NCBI RefSeq assembly: GCF_009914755.1
Contig: NC_060928.1
DNA: 64,000 bases
From: the human T2T-CHM13v2.0 reference genome, Homo sapiens
Direction: 5' to 3' (one strand)
The translations under genes and the position numbers were made by a program. Shown piece by piece: positions 1-13,829 of the stretch. Under the pieces are notes generated by a model. That model was not told the origin of the DNA, did not search any database, and worked only from the letters and a program-made list of their open reading frames with translations. Numbering within the stretch: the first letter of the stretch is position 1; every line of letters begins with the position of its first letter.

Positions 1-3000
1 CAGTATAAAATAAATAGTTTTGGTACTTTGATATTTTATGTACAGTATATAGTTTGAGTACTTTGATATTTAATGTTCAGTTTATTATAAATGTTTGGGT
101 GCTTTCATATTTTATATACAGTATATAATACATACTTTGGGCACTTTGATATTTTCTGTACAGTATATAATACATACTTTGGGTACTTTGATATTTTATA
201 TACGGTATATAATACATACATTGGGTACTTTGATATTTTATGTACAGTATATAATATATAGTTTGGTTACTTTGATATTTTATATACAGTATATAATATA
301 TATTATGTGTACTTTGATATATTATGTACAGTATATAATATATAGTATGGGTTGTTTGATATTATATGTACAGTATATAATATATAGTTTGGGTAGTTTG
401 ATATTTTTAGTACAGTATGTAATATATAGTTTGTTTTATTTGATATTTTATGTACAGTATACAATATATAGTATTGGTACGTTCATATTTCATGTAAAGT
501 ATATAGTTTGAGTACTTTGATATTTTATATGCAGTTTATTATAAATGTTTTGGTACTTTCATATTTTATGTACAGTATATAATACATACTTTGGGAACTT
601 TTATTTTATGTGCAGTATATAATACATACTTTGGGTACTTTGATATTTCATGTACAGTATATAATACACACTTTGGGTATTTTGATATTTTATGTACAGT
701 ATATAATACACACTTTGGGTACTTTGATATTTTATGTACAGTATATAATACATACTTTGGTACTTTTATGTTTCATGTACAGTATATAATATATAGTTTG
801 GGTACTTTGATATTTTATGTACAGTATATAATACATAGTTTGGGTATTTTGATATTTTATGTACAGTGTATAATACATACTTTGGGTACTTTGATATTTT
901 ATGTACAGTATGTAATATATAGTTTGGGTACTTTGATATTTTATGTGCAGTATATAACACATACTTTCGGTAGTTGGATATTTTATGTACAGTATATAAT
1001 ACATACTTTCGGTACTTCGATATTTGATGTACAGTATACTATATATAGATGGGTACTTTGATATTTTATGTCGGGTATAAAATAAATAGTTTTGGTACTT
1101 AGATATTTTATGTACAGTATATAGTTTGAGTACTTTGATATTTTATGTACAGTTTGTTATAAATGGGTGCTTTCATATTTTATGTACAGTATATAATACA
1201 TACTATGGGCACTTTGATATTTTATGTACAGTATATAATACATACTTTGGGTACTTTGATATTTTATGCACACTACATAATACATACTTTGGGTACTTTG
1301 ATATTTTATGTACAGTATGTAATACATAATTTGGGTACTTTTATATTTTATGTATAGTATATAATACTTACTTTGGGTACTTTGATATTTTATGGACAGT
1401 GTATAATACATACTTTGGGTACTTTGATATTTTATGTACAGTATATAACATATAGTGTGGGTAATTTGATATTTTATATACAGTATATAATACATAATTT
1501 GGGTACTTTGATATTTTATGTACAGTATATAATACATACTTTGGGTACTTTGATATTACATGCACAGTATACAATATATAGTTTGAGTACTTTGATATTT
1601 TATGTACTGTATAAAATATATAGTTTTGGTACTTTGATATTTTATGTACAGTATATAGTTTGAGTACTTTGATATTTTATGTACAGTTTGTTATAAATGT
1701 TTGGGTGCTTTCATATTTTATGTACAGTATATAATACATACTTTGGGCACTTTGATATCTTATGTACAGTATATAATACATACTTTGGGTTCTCTGATAT
1801 TTTCTGTACAGTGTATAATACATACTTTGGGTACTTTGATATTTTATGTACAATATATAATACATACGTTGGGAACTTTGATATATTATGTACAGTATAT
1901 AATACATACTTTGGGTACTTTGATATTTTATCTACAGTATACAACACATAGTTTGTATACTTTGATATTTTATGTACAGTATATAATACATACTTTGGGT
2001 ACTTTGATATTTTATGTATAGTACATAATACATACTTTGGGTATTTTCATATTTTATGTACAGTATATAATATATAGTTTGGTTACTTTGATATTTTATC
2101 TACAGTTTATAATACATACTTTGGATACTTTGAAACTTTATTTACAGTATATAATACGTAATTTGGGTACTTTGATATTTTATGTACAGTATACAATATA
2201 TAGTTTGAGTACTTTAATATTTTATGTGCAGTATAAAATATATAGTTTTGATACTTTCATATTTTATGTACAGTATATAGTTTGAGTACTTTGATATTTT
2301 ATGTACAGTTTTTTATAAATGTTTGGGTGCTTTCATATTTTATGTACAGTATATAATACATACTAAGGGCACTTTGATATTTTATGTACAGTATATAATA
2401 CATACTTTGGGTACTTTGATATTTTATGTACGTCATATAATATATAGTTTGGGTACTTTGATATTTTATGTACAGTATATAATACATACCTTGGGTACTT
2501 TGATATTTTATGTACAGTATATAATATATAGTTTGGGTATTTTGATATTTTATGTACAGTATATAATACATACTTTGGGTACTTTGATATTTTATGTACA
2601 GTATATAATACATACTTTGGGAACTTTGATATTTTATGTACAGTATGTAAAACATACTTTGGGTACTTTGATATTTTATGTACAGGATATAATGCATACT
2701 TTGGGTACTTTGATAGTTTATGTACTGTCTATAATACATACTTTGGTTACTTTGATATTTTATGTATAGTATAAAATATATAGTTTGGGTACTTTCATAT
2801 TTTATGTACAGTATGTAAAAGATACTTTGGGGAGTTTGATATTTTATGTACAGTATGTAAAACATACTTTGGGGAGTTTGATATTTTATGAACAGTATAT
2901 AATACACATTTTGTGTACTTTGATATTTTGTGTACAGTATATAATACATACTTTGGGTACTTTCATATTTTATGTACAGTATATATTACATACTTTGGGT

Positions 3001-4745
3001 ACTTTGATATTTTATGTACAGTATACAATATATAGTTTGGGTACTTTGATATTTTATGTACTGTATAAAATATATAGTTTTGGTACTTTGATATTTTATG
3101 TACAGTATATAGTTTGAGTACTTTGATATTTTATGTACAGTTTGTTATAAATATTTTGGTGCTTTCATATTTTATGTACTGTATATAATACATGCTTTGG
3201 GCACTTTGATATTTTATGTACAGTATATAATACATACTTTGTGTACTCTGATATTTTATGTACAGTGTATAATACATACTTTGGGTACTTTGATATTTTA
3301 TGTACAGTATATAATACATACATTGGGTACTTTGATATATTATGTACAGTATATAATACTTACTTGGGGTACTTTGATATTTTATGTACAGTATATAATA
3401 CATAGTTTGTGTACTTTGATATTTTATGTACAGTATATAATACATACTTTGGGTACTTTGATATTTTATGTACAGTATATAATACATACTTTGGGTACTT
3501 TCATATTTCATGTACAGTTTATAATATATAGTTTGGGTACTTTGGTATATTATGTACTGTATATAATACATTCTTTGGGTACTTTGATATTTTATGTACA
3601 GTATATAATACATACTTTGGGTACTTTGATATTTTATGTACAGTATAAAATATATACTTTGACTACTTTGATATTTTATGTCCAGTATAGAATATATATT
3701 TTTGGTACTTTGATATTTTATGTACAGTATATACTTTGAGTACATTGATATTTTATGTACACTTTATTATAAATGTTTGGATACTTTCATATTTTATGTA
3801 CAGTATATAATACATACTTTGGGCACTTTGATATTTTATGTACAGTATACAATACATACTTTGGGTACTTTGATATTTTATGTACAGTATATAATACATA
3901 ATTTGGGTACTTTGATATTTTATGTACAGTATATAATGCATACTTTGGGTACTTTGATGTTTTATGTACAGTATATAATACATACTTAGGGTACTTTGAC
4001 ATTTTATGTGCAGTACATAATACATACTTTGGATACTTTGTTATTTTAAATACAGTATGTAATACATATTTTGGGTACTTTGATATTTTATGTACAGTAT
4101 ATAATACATACTTTGATACTTTTATATTTCATGTACAGTATAAAATATATAGTTTGGGTACTTTGATATTTTATGTACAGTATATAATACCTACTTTGGG
4201 TACTTTGATATTTTATGTACAGTATATAATGCATAATTTGGGTACTTCAATAGTTTATGCACAGTATATAATACATACTTTGGGTAATTTGATATTTTAT
4301 GTACAGTATATAATGCATACTTTGGGTACTTTGATAGTTTATGTACAGTATACAATACATACTTTGGGTACTTTGATATTTTATGTACAGTATATAATAT
4401 GTAGTTTGGGTACTTTGATATTTTAACTACAGTATATAATACATACTTTGGGTACTTTGATATTTTATCTACAGTATATAATAGATACTTTGGGTACTTT
4501 GATATATTATGTACAGTATATAATACATAGTTTGGTTACTTTGATATTTTTTGTACAGTATGTAAAACATACTTTGGGGAGTTTGATATTTTATGAACAG
4601 TATATAATACACATTTTGGGTACTTTGATATTTTATGTACGGTATATAATACATACTTTGGGTACTTTGATATTTTATGTACAGTATATAATTCATACTT
4701 TGGGTACTTTGATATTTTATGTACAGTATATAATACATACTTTGG
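1..4745 (+). repeat. Near-identical segment copy 1 (partner at offset +36,474)
   Basis: ORFs 95, 591, 1126, 2323, 3197, 4154 and 4448 recur at 36569, 37065, 37600, 38797, 39671, 40628 and 40922. Shared private variants include gatattacatgcac, ctttatttacag and gtactgtctat. Confidence 0.9.
23..98 (+). repeat. Example block junction: 35-bp truncated monomer followed by a 41-bp variant monomer; about 94 such junctions in the window
   Basis: GTACTTTGATATTTTATGTACAGTATATAGTTTGA (35 bp), then a 41-bp unit ending ...CAGTTTATTATAAATGTTTGG. Spacings of 454, 538, 622, 832 and 370 bp equal 42n-8 for n=11, 13, 15, 20 and 9. Confidence 0.92.
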
Positions 4746-5291
4746 GTACTTTGATATTTTATGTACAGTATATAATGTATAATTTGGGTACTTCAATAGT
4801 TTATGCACAGTATATAATACATACTTTGTGTAATTTGATATTTTATGTACAGTATATAATGCATACTTTGGGTACTTTGATAGTTTATGTACAGTATACA
4901 ATACATACTTTGGGTACTTTGATATTTTATGTACAGTATATAATATGTAGTTTGGGTACTTTGATATTTTAACTACAGTATATAATACATACTTTGGGTA
5001 CTTTGATATTTTATCTACAGTATATAATAGATACTTTGGGTACTTTGATATATTATGTACAGTATATAATACATAGTTTGGTTACTTTGATATTTTTTGT
5101 ACAGTATGTAAAACATACTTTGGGGAGTTTGCTATTTTATGAACAGTATATAATACACATTTTGGGTACTTTGATATTTTATGTACGGTATATAATACAT
5201 ACTTTGGGTACTTTGATATTTTATGTACAGTATATAATTCATACTTTGGGTACTTTGATATTTTATGTACAGTATATAATACATACATTGG
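4200..5291 (+). repeat. 546-bp (13-monomer) tandem duplication
   Basis: Markers acttcaatagtttatgcac, ttttaactacag and aatagatac each occur twice, 546 bp apart (ORF starts 4448 and 4994). They are single-copy in the paralog at about 40.7-41.2 kb. Confidence 0.9.
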
Positions 5292-8200
5292 GTACTTCGA
5301 TATTTTATGTGCAGTACCCTATATATAGTTTGGGTACTTTGATATTTTATGTCCAGTATAAAATAAATAGTTTTGGTACTTTGATATTTTATGTACAGTA
5401 TATAGTTTGAGTACTTTGATATTTAATGTTCAGTTTATTATAAATGTTTGGGTGCTTTCATATTTTATATACAGTATATAATACATACTTTGGGCACTTT
5501 GATATTTTCTGTACAGTATATAATACATACTTTGGGTACTTTGATATTTTATGTACGGTATATAATACATACATTGGGTACTTTGATATTTTATGTAAAG
5601 TATATAATATATAGTTTGGTTACTTTGATATTTTATATACAGTATATAATATATATTATGTGTACTTTGATATATTATGTACAGTATATAATATATAGTA
5701 TGGGTTGTTTGATATTTTTATGTACAGTATATAATATATAGTTTGGGTAGTTTGATATTTTTAGTACAGTATGTAATATATAGTTTGTTTTATTTGATAT
5801 TTTATGTACAGTATACAATATATAGTATTGGTACTTTGATATTTCATGTAAAGTATATAGTTTGAGTACTTTGATATTTTATATGCAGTTTATTATAAAT
5901 GTTTGGGTACCTTCATATTTTATGTACAGTATATAATACATACTTTGGGAACTTTTATTTTATGTGCAGTATATAATACATACTTTGGGTACTTTGATAT
6001 TTCATGTACAGTATATAATACACACTTTGGGTACTTTGATATTTTATGTACAGTATATAATACACCCTTTGGGTAGTTTGATATTTTATGTACAGTATAT
6101 AATACATACTTTGGGTACTTTGATGTATTATGTACAGTATATAATACATACTTTGGGTACTTTGATATTTTATGTACAGTATATAATACATACTTTGGGT
6201 ACTTTGATATTTTATGTACAGTATGTAATACATAATTTGGGTACTTTAATATTTTATGTATAGTATATAATACTTACTTTGGGTACTTTGATATTTTATG
6301 GACAGTGTATAATACATACTTTGGGTTCTTTGATATTTTATGTACAGTATGTAATACATAATTTGGGTACTTTAATATTTTATGTATAGTATATAATACT
6401 TACTTTGGGTACTTTGATATTTTATGGACAGTGTATAATACATACTTTGGGTTCTCTGATATTTTCTGTACAGTGTATAATACATAATTTGGGTACTTTG
6501 ATATTTTATGTACAGCATATAATACATACGTTGGGTACTTTGATATATTATGTACAGTATATAATACATACTTTGGGTACTTTGATATTTTATGTACAGT
6601 ATATAATCCATAGTTTGTGTACTTTTATATTTTATGTACAGTATATAATACATACTTTGGGTACTTTGATATTTTATGTACAGTATATAATACATACTTT
6701 GGGTACTTTCATGTTTTATGTACAGTATATAATATATAGTTTGGGTACTTTGATATTTTATCTACAGCTTATAATACTTACTTTGGGTAATTTGATATTT
6801 TATGTGCAGTATATAATACATACTTTGGGTAGTTTGATATTTTATGTACAGTATACAATATATAGTTTGAGTACTTTGATATTTTATGTGCAGTATAAAA
6901 TATATAGTGTTGGTACTTTGATGTTTTATGTACAGTATATATTTTGAGTACTTTGATATTTTGTGTACAGTTTATTATAAATGTTTGGGTACTTTCATAT
7001 TTGATGTACAGTATATAATACATAATTTGGGCACTTTGATATTTTATGTACAGTATATAATACATACTTTGGGTACTTTTATATTTTATGTACAGTATAT
7101 AATACATACTCTGGGCACTTTGATATTTAATGTACAGTATATAATACACACTTTGCGTACTTTGATATTTTATGTAACGTATGTAATACATACTTTGGGT
7201 AGTTTGATATTTTATGTACAGTATGTAGTACACACTTTGGGTACTTTGATATTTTATGTACAGTATGTAAAACATACTTTGGGTAGTTTGATATTTTATG
7301 ATCAGTATATAATACACATTTTGGGTACCTTGATATTTTATGTACAGTATATAATACATACTTTGGGTACTTTGATATTTTATGTACAGTATATAATGCA
7401 TACCTTAGGTACTTTGATAGTTTTTGTACAGTATATAATACATACTTTGGGTACTTTGATATTTTATGTACAGTATATAATACATAGTTTGGGTACTTTG
7501 ATATTTTATGTACAGTATATAATACATACTTTGGGTACTTTGATATTTTATCTACAGTGTATAATATATACTTTGGGTACTTTGATATATTATGTACAGT
7601 ATATAATACATACTTTGGGTACTTTGATATTTTATGTACAGTATATAATACATACTTTGGGTACTTTGATATTTTATGTACAGTATATAATACATACTTT
7701 CAGTAGTTTGATATTTTATGTACAGTATATAATATATAGTTTGGGTACTTTGATATTTTATGTACAGTATATAATACATAGTTTGGGTACTTTGATATTT
7801 TATGTACAGTATATAATACATACTTTCGGTACTTTGATATTTTATGTACAGTATATAATATATAGTTTGGGTACTTTGATAATTTATGTACAGTGTATAA
7901 CACATACTTTGGGTACTTTGATATTTTATGTACAGTATATAATACATACTTTGGGTACTTTGATATTTTATATACAGTATATAATACATACTTTGGGTAC
8001 TTTCATATTTCATGTACAGTTTATAATATATAGTTTGAGTACTTTGGTATATTATGTACTGTATATAATACATACTTTGGGTACTTTGATATTTTATGTA
8101 CAGTATATAATACATACTTTGGGTACTTTGATATTTTATGTACAGTATACAATATATACTTTGACTACTTTGATATTTTATGTCCAGTATAGAATATATA

Positions 8201-10499
8201 GTTTTGGTAGTTTGATATTTTATGTACAGTATATAGTTTGAGTACATTGATATTTTATGTACACTTTATTATAAATGTTTGGATACTTTCATATTTTATG
8301 TACAGTATATAATACATACTTTGGGCACTTTGATATTTTATGTACAGTATACAATACATACTTTGGGTACTTTGATATTTTATGTACAGTATATAATACA
8401 TAATTTGGGTACTTTGATATTTTATGTACAGTATATAATGCATACTTTGGGTACTTTGATGTTTTATGTACAGTATATAATACATACTTAGGGTACTTTG
8501 ACATTTTATGTGCAGTACATAATACATACTTTGGATACTTTGTTATTTTAAATACAGTATGTAATACATATTTTGGGTACTTTGATATTTTATGTACAGT
8601 ATATAATACATACTTTGGTACTTTTATATTTCATGTACAGTATATAATATATAGTTTGGGTACTTTGATATTTTATGTACAGTATATAATACATAGTTTG
8701 GGTATTTTGATATTTTATGTACAGTATATAATACATACTTTGGGTACTTTGATATTTTATGTACAGTATATAATATATAGTTTGGGTACTTTGATAATTT
8801 ATGTGCAGTATATAACACATACTTTCGGTAGTTGGATATTTTATGTACAGTATATAATACATACTTTGGGTACATCGATATTTGATGTACAGTATACTAT
8901 ATATAGTTTGGGTACTTTGATATTTTATGTCGGGTACAAAACAAATAGTTTTGGTACTTAGATATTTTATGTACAGTATATAGTTTGAGTACTTTGATAT
9001 TTTATGTACAGTTTATTATTAATGGGTGCTTTCATATTTTATGTACAGTATATAATACATACTATGGGCACTTTGATATTTTATGTACAGTATATAATAC
9101 ATACTTTGGGTACTTTGATATTTTATGTACACTACATAATACATACTTTGGGTACTTTGATATTTTATGTACAGTACATAATATATAGTTTGGGTACTTT
9201 GATATTTTATGTGCAGTATATAACACATACTTTCGGTACTTGGACATTTTATGTACAGTATATAATACATAATTTGGGTACTTCCATATTTTATGTACAG
9301 TATGCTATATATAGTTTGGGTACTTTGATATTTTATGTCCAGTATAAAATAAAAAGTTTTGGTAATTCGATATTTTATGTACAGTGTATCGTTTGAGTAC
9401 TTTGATATTTAATGTACAGTTTATTAAAAATGTTCGGGTGCTTTCATATTTTATGTACAGTATATAATACATACTTTGAGCACTTTGATATTTTATGTAC
9501 AGTATATAATACATACTTTGGGTAATTTGATATTTTATGTACAGTATATAATACATACATTGGGTACTTTGATATTTTATGTACAGTATATAATATATAG
9601 TTAGGGTACTTTGATATTTCATATACAGTATATAATATATATTATGTGTACTTTGATATATTATGTACAGTATATAATATATAGTTTGGGTAATTTGATA
9701 TTTTATGTACAGTATACAATATATAGTATTGGTACTTTGACATTTCATGTAAAGTATATAGTTTGAGTACTTTGATATTTTATATACAGTTTATTATAAA
9801 TGTTTGGGTACCTTCCTATTTTATGTAGAGTATATAATACATACTTTGGGAACTTTTATTTTATGTGCAGTATATAATACATACTTTGGGTACTTTGATA
9901 TTTTATGTACAGTATATAATACATACTATTGGTACTTTGATATTTTATGTACAGTATACAATATATAGTTTGAGTACTTTGATATTTTATGTCCAGTATA
10001 AAATATATAGATTTCATACTTTGATATTTTATGTACTGAATGTAGTTTGAGTACTTTGATATTTTATGTACACTTTATTATAAAAGTTTGGGTACTTTCA
10101 TATTTTACGTACAGTATATAATACATACTTTGGGCACTTTGATGTTTTATGTACAGTATATAATACATACTTTGGGTTCTTTGATATTTTATGTACAGCA
10201 TATAATACATAATTTGGGGACTTTTATATTTTATGTACATTATATTATACATACTTTGGGTACTTTTATATTTTATGTACGGTATATAATACACACTTTG
10301 GGTACTTTGATATATTATGTACAGTATATAATACATGCTTTGGGTACTTTGATATATTATGTACAGTATATAATACATACTAAGGGTACTTTGACATTTT
10401 ATGTACAGTACATAATACATACTTTGGGTACTTTGATATTTTATGTACAGTATATAATGCATACTTTGGATACTTTGATATTTTATGTACAGTATATAA

Positions 10500-13460
10500 T
10501 ACATACTTTGGGTACTTTGATATTTTATGTACAGTATATAATGCATAATTTGGGTACTTCAATAGTTTATGCACAGTATATAATACATTCTTTGGGTAAT
10601 TTGATATTTTATGTACAGTATATAATGCATACTTTGGGTACTTTGATAGTTTATGTACAGTATACAATACATACTTTGGGTACTTTGATATTTTATGTAC
10701 AGTATATAATATGTAGTTTGGGTACTTTGATATTTTAACTACAGTATATAATACATACTTTGGGTACTTTGATATTTTATCTACAGTATATAATAGATAA
10801 TTTGGGTACTTTGATATATTATGTACAGTATATAATACATAGTTTGGTTACTTTGATATTTTTTGTACAGTATGTAAAACATACTTTGGGGAGTTTGATA
10901 TTTTATGAGCAGTATATAATACACATTTTGGGTACTTTGATATTTTATGTACGGTATATAATACATACTTTGGGTACTTTGATATTTTATGTACAGTATA
11001 TAATTCATACTTTGGGTACTTTGATATTTTATGTGCAGTATATAATACATACATTGGGTACTTCGATATTTTATGTGCAGTACCCTATATATAGTTTGGG
11101 TACTTTGATATTTTATGTCCAGTATAAAATAAATAGTTTTGGTACTTTGATATTTTATGTACAGTATATAGTTTGAGTACTTTGATATTTAATGTTCAGT
11201 TTATTATAAATGTTTGGGTGCTTTCATATTTTATATACAGTATATAATACATACTTTGGGCACTTTGATATTTTCTGTACAGTATATAATACATACTTTG
11301 TGTACTTTGATATTTTATGTACGGTATATAATACATACATTGGGTACTTTGATATTTTATGTAAAGTATATAATATATAGTTTGGTTAGTTTGATATTTT
11401 ATATACAGTATATAATATATATTATGTGTACTTTGATATATTATGTACAGTATATAATATATAGTATGGGTTGTTTGATATTTTATGTACAGTATATAAT
11501 ATATAGTTTGGGTAGTTTGATATTTTTAGTACAGTATGTAATATATAGTTTGTTTTATTTGATATTTTATGTACAGTATACAATATATAGTATTGGTACT
11601 TTGATATTTCATGTAAAGTATATAGTTTGAGTACTTTGATATTTTATATGCAGTTTATTATAAATGTTTGGGTACCTTCATATTTTATGTACAGTATATA
11701 ATACATACTTTGGGAACTTTTATTTTATGTGCAGTATATAATACATACTTTGGGTACTTTGATATTTCATGTACAGTATATAATACACACTTTGGGTACT
11801 TTGATATTTTATGTACAGTATATAATACACCCTTTGGGTAGTTTGATATTTTATGTACAGTATATAATACATACTTTGGGTACTTTGATGTATTATGTAC
11901 AGTATATAATACATACTTTGGGTACTTTGATATTTTATGTACAGTATATAATACATACTTTGGGTACTTTGATATTTTATGTACAGTATGTAATACATAA
12001 TTTGGGTACTTTAATATTTTATGTATAGTATATAATACTTACTTTGGGTACTTTGATATTTTATGGACAGTGTATAATACATACTTTGGGTTCTTTGATA
12101 TTTTATGTACAGTATATAACATATAGTTTGGGTACTTTGATATTTTATATACAGTATATAATACATACTTTGGGTACTTTGATATTTTATGTATAGTATA
12201 TAATACATACTTTGGGTACTTTGATATTTCATGCACAGTATACAATATATAGTTTGAGTACTTTGATATTTTATGTACTGTATAAAATATATAGTTTTCG
12301 TACTTTGATATTTTATGTACAGTATATAGTTTGAGTACGTTGATATTTTATGTACAGTTTGTTATAAATGTTTGGGTGCTTTCATATTTTATGTACAGTA
12401 TATAATACATACTTTGGGCACTTTGATATCTTATGTACAGTATATAATACATACTTTGGGTTCTCTTATATTTTCTGTACAGTGTATAATACATAATTTG
12501 GGTACTTTGATATTTTATGTACAGCATATAATACATACGTTGGGTACTTTGATATATTATGTACAGTATATAATACATACTTTGGGTACTTTGATATTTT
12601 ATCTACAGTATATAATCCATAGTTTGTGTACTTTTATATTTTATGTACAGTATATAATACATGCTTTGGGTACTTTGATATTTTATGTACAGTATATAAT
12701 ACATACTTTGGGTACTTTCATGTTTTATGTACAGTATATAATATATAGTTTGGGTACTTTGATATTTTATCTACAGCTTATAATACTTACTTTGGGTAAT
12801 TTGATATTTTATGTACAGTATATAATACATACTTTGGGTAGTTTGATATTTTATGTACAGTATACAATATATAGTTTGAGTACTTTGATATTTTTTGTGC
12901 AGTATAAAATATATAGTGTTGGTACTTTGATGTTTTATGTACAGTATATATTTTGAGTACTTTGATATTTTGTGTACAGTTTATTATAAATGTTTGGGTA
13001 CTTTCATATTTGATGTACAGTATATAATACATAATTTGGGCACTTTGATATTTTATGTACAGTATATAATACATACTTTGGGTACTTTTATATTTTATGT
13101 ACAGTATATAATACATACTCTGGGCACTTTGATATTTAATGTACAGTATATAATACACACTTTGCGTACTTTGATATTTTATGTAAAGCATGTAATACAT
13201 ACTTTGTGCAGTTTGATATTTTATGTACAGTATGTAATACACACTTTGGGTACTTTCATATTTTATGTACAGTATGTAAAACATACTTTGGGTGGTTTGA
13301 TATATTATGTACAGTATATAATACATACTTTGGGTACTCTGATATTTTATGTACAGTGTATAATACATACTTTGGGTACTTTGATATTTTATGTACAGTA
13401 TATAATACATACATTGGGTACTTTGATATATTATGTACAGTATATAATACTTACTTGGGG
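10500..13460 (+). repeat. ~3-kb segment duplicated at offset +13,279 (about 23,780-26,740)
   Basis: ORF starts 10760, 11214, 11720, 12372 and 12937 map to 24039, 24493, 24999, 25651 and 26216 at a constant offset. Confidence 0.88.
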
Positions 13461-13829
13461 TACTTTGATATTTTATGTACAGTATATAATACATACTTTG
13501 TGTACTTTGATATTTTATCTACAGTGTATAATATATACTTTGGGTATCTTGATATTTTATGTACAGTATATAATACATACTTTGAGTACTTTGATATTTT
13601 ATGTACAGTATATAATACATACTTTGGATACTTTGATATTTTATGTACAGTATATAATACATACTTTGGGTACTTTGATATTTTATGTACAGTATATAAT
13701 ACATACTTTCGGTACTTTGATATTTTATGTACAGTATATAATATATAGTTTGGGTACTTTGATATTTTATGTACAGTATATAATACATACTTTGGGTACT
13801 TTGATATTTTATGTACAGAATATAGTTTG

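Noticed and set aside
1307-1325. Steroid-receptor-like palindrome in GTACAGTATGTAA variants
   Set aside because: It lacks the required C of the second half-site (TGTNC) and is present only in minority monomers.
2593-2614. TATGTA...TACATA inverted repeat in each monomer as a hairpin or terminator
   Set aside because: It is only a 6-bp AT-rich stem with a 10-nt loop, too weak and expected by chance in this composition.
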